NCBI GenBank assembly: GCA_963660615.1
Contig: CAVKYE010000006.1
Location: 5,145 to 69,144, forward strand
Direction: 5' to 3'
Length of the DNA: 64,000 nucleotides
DNA from: Vescimonas coprocola
Lineage (GTDB): Bacteria; Bacillota_I; Bacilli_A; RF39; UBA660
Shown here: in pieces, positions 11,421 to 20,695 of the stretch
How the letters are laid out: each line of letters begins with the position of its first letter
Numbering within the stretch: the stretch's first letter is position 1
Translations under genes and position numbers: made by a program
The notes under the pieces: model-generated
Told to the model about the DNA's origin: nothing
The model's input: the letters and a program-made list of their open reading frames with translations, nothing else
Databases searched by the model: none

Positions 11421-11829
11421 AAATATCACAATCCTTCACACTAAATAATTTTCTTTCATCTAAAGTCAAATTAAAATCTCTAACAAACCTTCTTTGACGA
11501 AACTCATCCGCCAAAAGCATAAGTCCAATAACCTCTTCTCTAGGAACAACCCTAATAATCTCCATACATTCACAAGCATACATATCATAATAACCATAAT
11601 AATCATCTTCGTGTAAAACCAAATTACCAAAGCCTCTAACAAAAGTAACCAAAGACGTATCAGAATTAAAATATCTAAAACAATCTTCTAACCTCATACA
11701 CATATGAAAACCATTACCACAGTTTCCCCAAGAAATATCACCATCAACCTTATAAATCTTTCCAACCTCAAACTTATTGCCATAACGATTAGTCATATCT
11801 AAATTAAAGCATTTATACCCAAAAATCAA
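11347..11829 (-). CDS. Conserved hypothetical Cys/His-rich protein. The N-terminus resembles a domain of unknown function seen in phage and bacteria (recollection only).
   Basis: 160-aa ORF with its own TTGACA-17-TATAAT promoter at about 11.87 kb. Its 3' end runs about 74 nt into uvrA. Confidence 0.45.
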   Translation of the reverse strand: MIFGYKCFNLDMTNRYGNKFEVGKIYKVDGDISWGNCGNGFHMCMRLEDCFRYFNSDTSLVTFVRGFGNLVLHEDDYYGYYDMYACECMEIIRVVPREEVIGLMLLADEFRQRRFVRDFNLTLDERKLFSVKDCDIYGRDYCEGCEGKQLKKCRYNVTQK

Positions 11830-11945
11830 ATATAAATCACCTCATCTCTTTTAAATATTATATCATTAATGTCAAATATATAAAATATTATATCAAACGA
11901 ACAAAAGTTTGTCAAAGAAAAAATAGCCCAAAAGCTATTCATAAA

Positions 11946-12296
11946 CTAATCTTTCGGTTTAAAAATAAGCGACATAAAGAAAGAAAATATAATAGTCGCA
12001 CAAATACCAGCCGAAGTTAAATCAAACGCCCCAACAAAAAGTCCCATAAATCCCATATCATTAAGTCCCTGTATAGAACCATGAGTAAGCATATGCCCAA
12101 AACTAGTAATAGGCACCAAAGCCCCACCACCAGCCCATAAAACAAACCTATCATAAATATCAAAAATATCCAAAAAAGCCCCAAAGACGACAAATATACA
12201 AGTAACATGACCAGGCGTTAGCTTAGTATTATCCAAAATAAGCTGCGCTAACAAGCAAATTATACCAGCCGTTATAAAAGCATGAAAATAAATCAT
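11946..12296 (-). CDS. spoVAE: Stage V sporulation protein AE (SpoVAEb type)
   Basis: 116-aa polytopic membrane protein, last gene of a spoVAC-spoVAD-spoVAE operon with 1 to 4 nt overlaps. Confidence 0.85.
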   Translation of the reverse strand: MIYFHAFITAGIICLLAQLILDNTKLTPGHVTCIFVVFGAFLDIFDIYDRFVLWAGGGALVPITSFGHMLTHGSIQGLNDMGFMGLFVGAFDLTSAGICATIIFSFFMSLIFKPKD

Positions 12297-13282
12297 TTAA
12301 CCGCCTCCAAACTAATCGCATGCGCTATAGAAGGAATTGTAAGCTTTTGATTCGCAAGCGTCTGACTCATAAGCGCCCCAGTAGCCACTACCAAAACTTT
12401 TTTAAGCCTTCCCTTACGCATTTCATCAAAAATATATCCATAAGTAACCAAAGGCGCACAAGCAGGACCACTAGCCCCCGCATAAACAGGCTGACTATTC
12501 AAATTATAAAGCATACATCCCGTATCATCATAATTATTTAAAACAATACCATACTCTGCCTTCATATACTTCCTCAAAATTTCCTTACCATAAATTCCTA
12601 AATCACCAGTCAAAATCAAATCATAATAATTAACGTCCCTACCAGTATCCTTTAAATGATTATAAATCGTCATAGCCGCCGCAGGAGCCATCACTGCCCC
12701 CATATTAAACACATCATTAATAGTAGAATCAATAACCTTCCCCAAAGTCGCCGAATCAACCCTTATTAAAGAAGACTCCAAAGAAAGCAAAGCACAAGCA
12801 GCCCCCGTCGACGTAAAAGTTGTCGTCTTAGGTTTAGGACCCCCATACTCAACCGGATAACGAAACTGTTTTTCTGCTCCATTATTATGAGAAGAAACCC
12901 CACAAAGCACATTTTTCAAACTACCACTAGAAACCATATTAGCCCCCAAAGCAAGTCCCAAAGTACTAGTCGCACAAGCCGCATAAACACCAGCAAACCC
13001 ACAAGGCATATCACTAGCCGCATAATTAGAAGCCGTTATTTGATTAAGTAAATCACCCGAAATAAACAAATCAATCATATTTCTAGATAAAGAAACTTTA
13101 TCTAAAGCAATATTAATAGCATCCGAAATCATCTTACTTTCAGCCTGCTCCCAAGTCTTACACCCAAAATACAAATCATCATAAGACTTATCAAAATATT
13201 TACCCAAAGGACCCTTACCTTCATAAGGACCAGTCACCGTCGATACCGCATTTATATAAACACCATCATATTTAAAAGTCAT
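12293..13282 (-). CDS. spoVAD: Stage V sporulation protein AD
   Basis: 329 aa, thiolase-like SpoVAD sequence (GPYEGKGPLG, AGVYAACATS). Operon context supports the call. Confidence 0.9.
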   Translation of the reverse strand: MTFKYDGVYINAVSTVTGPYEGKGPLGKYFDKSYDDLYFGCKTWEQAESKMISDAINIALDKVSLSRNMIDLFISGDLLNQITASNYAASDMPCGFAGVYAACATSTLGLALGANMVSSGSLKNVLCGVSSHNNGAEKQFRYPVEYGGPKPKTTTFTSTGAACALLSLESSLIRVDSATLGKVIDSTINDVFNMGAVMAPAAAMTIYNHLKDTGRDVNYYDLILTGDLGIYGKEILRKYMKAEYGIVLNNYDDTGCMLYNLNSQPVYAGASGPACAPLVTYGYIFDEMRKGRLKKVLVVATGALMSQTLANQKLTIPSIAHAISLEAVK

Positions 13283-13728
13283 TATATCACCCCTAATATC
13301 ATTCTAATCAAACTAAAAGTCCAAGCACTAACAATACCAAAAATAATAACCGCCCCAGAAAGCTTAAGCATATTAGCCCCAATCCCCGTAACAAGTCCCT
13401 CTTTTCTATACTCTAAAGAAGCACTCATAGTCGCATGCGCAAAACCCGTAATTGGAATAATAAGACCACACTTCGCAAAATTAACAACCTTATCAAAAAA
13501 ACCCAAGCCAGTAAACAAACAACTAAAAAATATAAGCGTAACAAGCATACATACCGTAGCCTCCTTAGTCGGAATCGTCAAATAATAAGAATAAAATTCA
13601 ATCAAAAATTGACCAATTATCCCCATAAGTCCTCCAATAACAAAAGCCGTAAGTCCATTAATAAAAATATTCTCCTTAGGACTACTTTCATCCACAATCT
13701 CCTTATATTTATTCTTTTCCATAAACAT
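13282..13728 (-). CDS. spoVAC: Stage V sporulation protein AC
   Basis: 148-aa membrane protein whose N-terminus (KYKEIVDESSPKENIFINGLTAFVIGGLMG) is typical of SpoVAC. Confidence 0.9.
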   Translation of the reverse strand: MFMEKNKYKEIVDESSPKENIFINGLTAFVIGGLMGIIGQFLIEFYSYYLTIPTKEATVCMLVTLIFFSCLFTGLGFFDKVVNFAKCGLIIPITGFAHATMSASLEYRKEGLVTGIGANMLKLSGAVIIFGIVSAWTFSLIRMILGVI

Positions 13729-13742
13729 TTCCTCCTAAAAGT

Positions 13743-13770
13743 ATTATGAAAAAAATCAAAAAAAATATAC
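13743..13770 (-). promoter_or_regulatory. Possible forespore-type (sigma-F/G-like) promoter of the spoVA operon
   Basis: Minus strand reads GTATA, 16 nt, CATAATA, just upstream of the RBS AGGAGG. It resembles the sigma-G consensus GhATr...CATxhTA. The spoVA operon is sigma-G-dependent in Bacillus. Confidence 0.35.
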
Positions 13771-13786
13771 AAAAAAAAGGCAATTT

Positions 13787-14398
13787 TTACCTTTTTACAA
13801 TCAAATCATAAACTGAATCAGCATAATCAAAATTAGCCTTATTCCAAAAATGATTAATATAATCATCACGATCATTTTTATATTGCAAATAATAAGCATG
13901 TTCCCATAAATCAATACAGAAAAGCGGAATCAAATTATAAGAAAGTGGAGTCTCCTGATTAATCATATTTACAATAAGCAAATCACCTTTATCATTACTT
14001 ACCAAAAAAGTATAACCAGAACCGATAAGATTTCTAGCTCTCTCATTAAAATCACGACGGAAATTCTCAAAATTTCCATATTGTAAATTAATTCTATTAA
14101 GTAAATTACCCCTAGGTAAACTAGAATTTTTACCCATAGAAAGAAAATACAAATCATGATTTAAAACACCACCAACATTATACAAAATATCACCACGAAG
14201 CGGAAGTGAAAACTCCGAAATATGCCTAGGTATTTCCTCCAAAGAATACCTATAATCATAATTATCCTTTTTCAAAAAATCATTAAGCCTATTCAAATAA
14301 CCACTGTGATGTTTTGTATAATGAAAAGTAATAACCTCTTCATTAATATCCGGCTCAAGCCCATCATAAGAATACGGCAAAGTCATAAGTTCATACAT
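13787..14398 (-). CDS. sodA: Fe/Mn superoxide dismutase
   Basis: LPYSYDGLEP, FHYTKHH, DLWEHAYYLQYKN. Start taken at the ATG at 14398 behind GGAGGG. Confidence 0.9.
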   Translation of the reverse strand: MYELMTLPYSYDGLEPDINEEVITFHYTKHHSGYLNRLNDFLKKDNYDYRYSLEEIPRHISEFSLPLRGDILYNVGGVLNHDLYFLSMGKNSSLPRGNLLNRINLQYGNFENFRRDFNERARNLIGSGYTFLVSNDKGDLLIVNMINQETPLSYNLIPLFCIDLWEHAYYLQYKNDRDDYINHFWNKANFDYADSVYDLIVKR

Positions 14399-14459
14399 AT
14401 AATTTCCCTCCAATAAATACTATTAAAAAAGAAGAAAAAAATTCTTCAAGTTAAAACTA

Positions 14460-14834
14460 CTAACATCCACTTGCTCTATACTCATAAGTATATTTCTTCC
14501 CAGTATAAGTAACAAGTACACTGCCATTCATTACACTCTTATCCTTTGGGTTTATAATATCATCTTTAGATAAAAGTCCAGATTTTTTCATAGCCTCAAC
14601 CGAAACACAATAAGAATCATTTTTAATTTTGGGCAAATAAGTTGAATTATCCAAAGAAGTCATATAATTCTTCGCCGATTTAACAATCAAAGAAACTTGC
14701 TCATCATAAGCCTTATCTTTAGAATCAGAAACAATTGAATTAATCGTTGGAACAACAATCAAAGCAATAAGTCCCAAAATAGCAATAACCATAATAAGTT
14801 CAACAAGCGTAAATGCGTTTTTCATAACCTTCAC
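14460..14834 (-). CDS. Prepilin-type N-terminal cleavage/methylation domain protein (type IV pilin / pseudopilin-like)
   Basis: MKVMKNA|FTLVELIMVIAILGLIALIVVP class III signal peptide with Glu at +5. 124 aa. Confidence 0.75.
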   Translation of the reverse strand: MKVMKNAFTLVELIMVIAILGLIALIVVPTINSIVSDSKDKAYDEQVSLIVKSAKNYMTSLDNSTYLPKIKNDSYCVSVEAMKKSGLLSKDDIINPKDKSVMNGSVLVTYTGKKYTYEYRASGC

Positions 14835-14867
14835 CTACTATAATTATAAATAATATTCTAGCATATG

Positions 14868-15506
14868 TCAATTAATATTTTGTCTTAATTTACTAAGTAC
14901 CTTTTGTTCACACCTAGAAACGCGTGCCTGAGTAAGACCCAAATTAGAAGCAACCTCAGTTTGAGTCATATCTTCATAATATCTTTCAATCATAATAGAC
15001 CTCTCAGGTTCCTCCAAACTTTCAATCTCCATCTTTAAAAATAAAAGAGTATCATAATCATAAGTTTTACCAATTATCTCATGAAGCATCATATTAGTAT
15101 CACCAACATTCTCATCAATACTCTTAAAAGATAAAGAAGAAAGTGCATCCAAAACAACATCATATGGAATTTCTAAATAACTACTAATCTCCAAAATAGA
15201 AGGCTCCCTCATCAAAATTTGCTCAAGCTTTTCCTTAACCAAAAGCACCTTATTTCTAAGTGCCCTCATATCACGGCTAATTTTAATCCTACTATCATCA
15301 CGAATAACCTTCTTCATCTCACCTAAAATATAACTATACGCATACGTCGTAAACTTAGCCTTAGTCTTATCATAATTCTTATAAGCTAAAAGCATCCCAC
15401 TCACACCAGCCTGATATAAATCATCCATATCAGCCATAGGAAAATAAGAAGCAATTTTATATATTAATTTTTCATTTTCTTTAACAAGATCCGTAAACTC
15501 TTTCAT
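14868..15506 (-). CDS. sigF: Sporulation-type group 3 sigma factor (SigF/SigG-like)
   Basis: FTTYAYSYILGEMKKVIRDDSRIKISR matches the SigF/G/B signature FSTYAVPMIIGEI..IRDD..VKVSR. Region 4 HTH is TQTEVASNLGLTQARVSRCEQK. It sits behind a SpoIIAA-like gene and near spoVA, as in Bacillus. Confidence 0.7.
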   Translation of the reverse strand: MKEFTDLVKENEKLIYKIASYFPMADMDDLYQAGVSGMLLAYKNYDKTKAKFTTYAYSYILGEMKKVIRDDSRIKISRDMRALRNKVLLVKEKLEQILMREPSILEISSYLEIPYDVVLDALSSLSFKSIDENVGDTNMMLHEIIGKTYDYDTLLFLKMEIESLEEPERSIMIERYYEDMTQTEVASNLGLTQARVSRCEQKVLSKLRQNIN

Positions 15507-15514
15507 ATCCCCTC

Positions 15515-15856
15515 CTATGAATTAATAATTTTTACCGCTGAAATCTCATCATTAACAATAAAATTTTCATCAAAAAACTTTAACATCATATTTTTTATCT
15601 TTTCATTCGCATCCACACAAATAAAACTAAAACCATCATTATTAAGACAAAAATTAAAACTATTAATCAAAGCACATCTGCCCAAAAAATCCATATATCT
15701 AACATCAGAAACATTAAATACAGCATTCTTAATTCCAGTTTTCTTGATAAAATCTAGAACCTCATAGGTAAACTGCATAACATTGTGCTCATCCAAAAAT
15801 CCACTAAGCTTAACAAACAAAATACCTCTAGCTGGACTAATATCAATATCAAGCAT
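15515..15856 (-). CDS. spoIIAA: STAS-domain anti-sigma-factor antagonist (SpoIIAA-like) lacking the phosphorylatable serine
   Basis: Aligns by eye to SpoIIAA: IVLNLEDLSFMDSSGLG against AVFNVSDVRYMDFLGRC. ATG at 15856 lies behind AAGGTGG. Confidence 0.65.
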   Translation of the reverse strand: MLDIDISPARGILFVKLSGFLDEHNVMQFTYEVLDFIKKTGIKNAVFNVSDVRYMDFLGRCALINSFNFCLNNDGFSFICVDANEKIKNMMLKFFDENFIVNDEISAVKIINS

Positions 15857-15882
15857 ATTATCACCCACCTTACTTTATCACA

Positions 15883-17109
15883 TCACAATCTCTTTTTTAA
15901 CACTTTCGACAAAATTAGAATTAATAAGATAAAAAGCAAAATAAACCCAAAATAATAAAATAAATCATTAGAACTTTCATAAGAAACCTCTTCCTTTTTT
16001 AGAGGAACAGAAGGTTTTGAAGAAACAACCGACAAATTATCCTCCTTCGCACTTGCCGAAATAACCGACGAAGTAACCAAAGGGAAATCAGACTTACTTA
16101 AAGTATCATTTGTGTCTAAAGTATCCTTTGTATCTAAAACATTATCAGAAAAATCTATAGAAACATCTGAAGATACATCATCATTCTCTTTTGAATCATC
16201 AATAATACACCTAACCCTATAAGCATAAAAATCCTTAAACAATAAATCATCTTTATAAATATAATCCATATAAGCAGAAGACAAATAATCATCATAATAC
16301 ACCTTTTTCTCCTTATAAGTCTGATAAACAGTATCACGATATTTATAAACCGGACCTGCTCTTCTAAAAGCTACAATATTAGAAATTTCAAGAGGAACCG
16401 AAGAATAAAATTCTTCCATAGTTGTAACATAATTAATAAGATGAACATCCTTACTATCCCAAAGAAGACTAAAATTTTCATCAAAAGTATAAAAATTATT
16501 AGTATATATCTCATCATTATAACCAGTTCTAAACATCATCCTGTAATCATTCACACCATCACCACTAACACGCAAAACAACATCAAGCAAACTAATATCC
16601 AAATCACATGGCAAATTAATATAAATAGATTCATCATTTTCTAAACTATCAAAACTTCCCGTAGACTTATTAGAAATATCATAATCAAGTTCCTTACCAT
16701 CATAAAGCAATTTAAACTCCTCAATTTTAAACGAATTAATCCAGAAATTTTTAATTTCAATAAAATTAATATCCTTTAGCTTCGCATATTTATACCCCCA
16801 TTCCTGAACAATTTCACGACCTTCTTTCTCTTCTGGCATATCAAAACTTAATTCTGAAAAATCCGTATATTTATATGTATCATAATCTATAAAAGGATAT
16901 TCCAAACTACTAGTTTCCGAAAAAGGACCATTTTCCCTTTCTAACTTATAATACTTATATCTCCTTTCTGTTTTAACATCAACCAAATCACTAGTTTCAA
17001 TAAACTTATCATCATATTCACTAAAATCAGAATAATCAGTATATGATAATGCTGAAACATTAAAAGACACCATCATAAGTAGAATCACTACCATAATTCT
17101 TTTAAACAT
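15883..17109 (-). CDS. Hypothetical secreted/surface protein with an N-terminal signal peptide and a C-terminal TM anchor
   Basis: Signal peptide MFKRIMVVILLMMVSFNVSA. Acidic, Tyr/Asp-rich body. C-terminal FYYFGFILLFILLILILSKVLKKRL. Preceded by conserved upstream element copy A. Confidence 0.55.
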   Translation of the reverse strand: MFKRIMVVILLMMVSFNVSALSYTDYSDFSEYDDKFIETSDLVDVKTERRYKYYKLERENGPFSETSSLEYPFIDYDTYKYTDFSELSFDMPEEKEGREIVQEWGYKYAKLKDINFIEIKNFWINSFKIEEFKLLYDGKELDYDISNKSTGSFDSLENDESIYINLPCDLDISLLDVVLRVSGDGVNDYRMMFRTGYNDEIYTNNFYTFDENFSLLWDSKDVHLINYVTTMEEFYSSVPLEISNIVAFRRAGPVYKYRDTVYQTYKEKKVYYDDYLSSAYMDYIYKDDLLFKDFYAYRVRCIIDDSKENDDVSSDVSIDFSDNVLDTKDTLDTNDTLSKSDFPLVTSSVISASAKEDNLSVVSSKPSVPLKKEEVSYESSNDLFYYFGFILLFILLILILSKVLKKRL

Positions 17110-17137
17110 ACCTTTCTCCTTTCCTGCCCCTCTATAG

Positions 17138-17187
17138 TTATGATACGATAAAAATTTCTAATTTCCTTCTTTTTAAAAGCAAAAAAA
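17138..17187 (-). repeat. Conserved upstream element, copy A (about 50 nt)
   Basis: The plus-strand sequence ttatgatacgataaaaatttctaatttccttctttttaaaagcaaaaaaa is roughly 85-90% identical, by hand alignment, to 34276-34325. It lies 28 nt upstream of the start codon at 17109. Confidence 0.7.
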
Positions 17188-17328
17188 CAAAAAAGTATTT
17201 TCCCTCTAAATTCCCCCCAAAAATAACATTTTAATCAAAATCAAACCATCAAAATATTTAATTACTAACACCTAAAGACTACACTTTATTTATTTTTATT
17301 TTTAAGATATAATTAATATGGTGATTTG

Positions 17329-19515
17329 ATGAAAGAACTATTAAGCCCAGCAGGAGATATCGAAGGATTAAAAGCCGCTATATTTAATGGTGCCGATGCA
17401 GTTTATATTTCCGGCAAAAATTTTGGGGCCAGAAAATACGCAAAAAACTTTACAAAAGAAGAATTAAAAGAAGCCATCTCACTCGCACACCTATATAACG
17501 TCAAAGTATACATTACCGTAAACACCGTCATTTATGAAAATGAAATTAATGAATTCTTAAACTATATTAATTATTTATATTTAATTGGTGCAGATAGCAT
17601 AATAATTCAAGACATTGGTATGATTCACCTCATTAGAAAAAAATTACCCGACTTTGAAATTCATATCTCCACCCAAGGAAATAACTGTAATGACTACACC
17701 CTAAAATATTACAAAAATTTAGGTGTTAAAAGAGTTGTCTTAGCCCGTGAACTATCCTTAAAAGAAATAAATAACCTAAAAACAAATATTGATAAGGAAG
17801 TTTTCATTCATGGAGCCTTATGCATTTGTTATAGTGGTTGCTGCCTTTTCAGTAGTCTAAATGGTAATAGAAGTGGCAATAGAGGTATGTGTGCAGGACC
17901 TTGCCGACTTCCCTACACACTTATAAAAAATGATAAAATCGTAAAAACAAAAGGGCCATATCTTCTTAGTCCAAAAGAATTAAATACTTCAGATAACTTC
18001 AAAGAAATATTAAACAGTAACATTCAAAGTTTTAAAATAGAAGGAAGAATGAAAAGCCCATCATACGTCGCCTATGTAACCAAAATGTATAGAAATCTAA
18101 TCGACAAAAAAAATAACCCAAACAATACCCAGGACAACCTAAAAAAAATATACAATCGTAATTTCACCCTAGGTCATTTATTTAATAAAACCGAAAATGA
18201 ATTAATGAACAGTATAAGCCCTAATCACATCGGTTTAGAAATTGGTAAAGTAATTAATATAAATAATAAATATATTAAAATTAAAATAAATGACAATTTA
18301 TCTCAAAACGATGGAATAAGATTTTTAAAAACCGGCAAAGGAATGATTATAAATAAACTTTACAACGATAAAGGACTACTTATAAATAAAGCATCTAAAG
18401 GAGATATAATCCTAATTGACAACAAAATAAACTTAAAAACATTAGATAAAGTAAGCATAACTTATGATTATAACCTAATGAAAGAACTTTTAAACTTTCC
18501 ATCAAAAAAAATAAATATAAACTTCAAAGTTTACGCAAAAATCAATAAACCCCTATCCATCACAATTATAGAAAACAATCACAAAATCACATTAAATGGA
18601 AATATCATAACAAAAGCCATAAACAAGGCCACAACAAAAGAAGAAATCACAAAAAAACTATCAAAACTAGGAAACACTCCATTTTATGTAAACAACATAA
18701 ACTTTGATATAGATGACAATATATTTATCCCCATCAGTGAAATAAACAACATTAGAAGAAATTTAGTAAATAAATTAACAGAAAAAAAACTAGAAATAAA
18801 TAGAAAAATAACAAACACAAAAATAAAAAAAATAAACATAGAAAAAAAAGAAGATGTCATAAGTGCATATACAAACAAAGAAAATGTTCTAAAATATCTA
18901 CTAAATAAAATAGATATGGTATATACAGATGATTTATTTCTATATAACAAATACAAATGTAATAAACTCTACTATCGTCTAGACAGAACAAATTATAACC
19001 TTCCAGACTTTCACAACGAAAACTTAGTCATAACAGAAATAGGAAGTCTATATAAATATTCCAAAGATAACAACTGTATAGGTGATTATTCCCTAAACAT
19101 AAACAATAGTTATAGTGCTAACTATCTAGAAAAAGAAGGATTAAATTACATAACCCTATCACCAGAACTTGATTTAAACAAAATAAAAATGATTGCTAAA
19201 AACTCATGCAACATAAAAGTAATTATTTATGGCACTTTAGAACTCATGGTCATAAAACATTGCATAATAAAAACACATGATAACTGTCCATCATGCAAAA
19301 ACAACAACTACTACCTCTTAAATAAAAAAGGAGAAAAATTTAAAATCATAACCAAAAACTGCAAAAATCACATCATGCATCACGAAAAAATCAATCTACT
19401 AAAAGAAATAAAAAAACTAAAAGAATATGGCATTAATAACTTTCATTTTGAATTTATAGATGAAGAAATAGATGAAATAAAAAACATTTTAAAAACAGTA
19501 AAAAGCTCAAAATAG
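17329..19515 (+). CDS. Peptidase U32 family protein (long form)
   Basis: N-terminus ELLSPAGDIEGLKAAIFNGADAVYISGKNFGAR...YITVNT is typical of U32/PrtC-like proteins. Cys-rich segments. A TTG at 17326 is an alternative start. Confidence 0.85.
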   Translation: MKELLSPAGDIEGLKAAIFNGADAVYISGKNFGARKYAKNFTKEELKEAISLAHLYNVKVYITVNTVIYENEINEFLNYINYLYLIGADSIIIQDIGMIHLIRKKLPDFEIHISTQGNNCNDYTLKYYKNLGVKRVVLARELSLKEINNLKTNIDKEVFIHGALCICYSGCCLFSSLNGNRSGNRGMCAGPCRLPYTLIKNDKIVKTKGPYLLSPKELNTSDNFKEILNSNIQSFKIEGRMKSPSYVAYVTKMYRNLIDKKNNPNNTQDNLKKIYNRNFTLGHLFNKTENELMNSISPNHIGLEIGKVININNKYIKIKINDNLSQNDGIRFLKTGKGMIINKLYNDKGLLINKASKGDIILIDNKINLKTLDKVSITYDYNLMKELLNFPSKKININFKVYAKINKPLSITIIENNHKITLNGNIITKAINKATTKEEITKKLSKLGNTPFYVNNINFDIDDNIFIPISEINNIRRNLVNKLTEKKLEINRKITNTKIKKINIEKKEDVISAYTNKENVLKYLLNKIDMVYTDDLFLYNKYKCNKLYYRLDRTNYNLPDFHNENLVITEIGSLYKYSKDNNCIGDYSLNINNSYSANYLEKEGLNYITLSPELDLNKIKMIAKNSCNIKVIIYGTLELMVIKHCIIKTHDNCPSCKNNNYYLLNKKGEKFKIITKNCKNHIMHHEKINLLKEIKKLKEYGINNFHFEFIDEEIDEIKNILKTVKSSK

Positions 19516-19587
19516 AGCTTTTTTTTCATAAAAAATTTACAAATAATTTAATATTAATTTTAAAAAGAAAAAGAAGCCTTAAAACTC

Positions 19588-20673
19588 CTATCTTCCAAAC
19601 CTTTCAAAATCTTCATACCTTAAAACATACTTATAAGCAGTCTTATCATGGAAAATCATAAACCAACTTTCCATATCCTCACGAACTTCATTACAAATAA
19701 TTGGTGAATGTAACTCTTCTTCAATATCAACCAAATCTTTGAAAATCTTAATATTAACAACATCATATTGCTCTAACCTAGGCATATTCTCAGCTTCAGC
19801 AATAATATCTCCATACTCCTTAAGTATCTTATTAAGTTGCAATACATACTCAGATTTCCTAGTAGTCTTAATTAACTTACTTCCAAACTTTTTAAGTAAA
19901 ACTAACGATAACAATAACAACGCAGTTCCAAGAACTAATAACGAAATATTAATACTATTACTATTTTGATCCGTTTGCTCATAAACTGTTTGATTTCCAT
20001 TATTTATATAATCAGGTTTAATTTGAACAGTTTGCGTAAGTAGTGGAATTTGTAAAGTCATAGTATTAGTTTCTTGTAAAGTATTTTCTTCACCATTAAG
20101 TCCACCATTTATAGTCACCTTAAAAGCAACATCCACTCTAGAATCAACAGAAAGACCAAACTGATTTCTAAAGTCCGTCATTATTTGATTATACTTATTA
20201 TAATCAAGTGACACAGTCTTATCAATTTTTATATTATTTCCAGTTCCCGTTTTAGTCTCATTAGGAAGAATTTGATAAGCCTTTGACCAAACTTCAACAG
20301 TTTTTGAATCAGATTCAGAATATAATCCTTTAGCAGTCGCCACTAAACTATATGAATATGTATAATCCAAATCTTTACTACTACTTAAATTGTAACTTAC
20401 ATCCACATCAATATGATCAATTAATGAGGCTATATACTGTTTATTCATCCCTAAATATTCCGATGTAAAGAAATCATTTTGTTTTAAATAAACACGATAA
20501 TTCAAATTACTATTATAATTATACGAATACAACTCCTTTTTAGAAGCACCATTTGGGTTTAAACTTTTAACAATAGCAAATATTGAAAAAGCCATTAACA
20601 CTAAAACAATGATAAGAATAAACACTTGTACCCATTGTTTTAAAATTACTTTATTTTCATTTTTTGGTTTCAT
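19588..20673 (-). CDS. Bitopic membrane protein, DUF5305-like (recollection), last gene of the SipW/TasA-like cluster
   Basis: N-terminal TM (VQVFILIIVLVLMAFSIFAIV), about 200 aa of beta-rich ectodomain, a second TM (ISLLVLGTALLLLSLVLL), then a cytoplasmic tail. Lies 22 nt downstream of the signal peptidase gene. Confidence 0.55.
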   Translation of the reverse strand: MKPKNENKVILKQWVQVFILIIVLVLMAFSIFAIVKSLNPNGASKKELYSYNYNSNLNYRVYLKQNDFFTSEYLGMNKQYIASLIDHIDVDVSYNLSSSKDLDYTYSYSLVATAKGLYSESDSKTVEVWSKAYQILPNETKTGTGNNIKIDKTVSLDYNKYNQIMTDFRNQFGLSVDSRVDVAFKVTINGGLNGEENTLQETNTMTLQIPLLTQTVQIKPDYINNGNQTVYEQTDQNSNSINISLLVLGTALLLLSLVLLKKFGSKLIKTTRKSEYVLQLNKILKEYGDIIAEAENMPRLEQYDVVNIKIFKDLVDIEEELHSPIICNEVREDMESWFMIFHDKTAYKYVLRYEDFERFGR

Positions 20674-20695
20674 TTTATCTCTCCTTTTTATTCTT

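Noticed and set aside
17143-17150. TACGATAA (also at 34281-34288), which resembles the streptococcal ComX cin-box TACGAATA
   Set aside because: It is on the plus strand, opposite to the genes the conserved element precedes. At copy B it would drive transcription antisense into rsmD. It also has one mismatch to the consensus. I keep it only as part of the near-palindrome.
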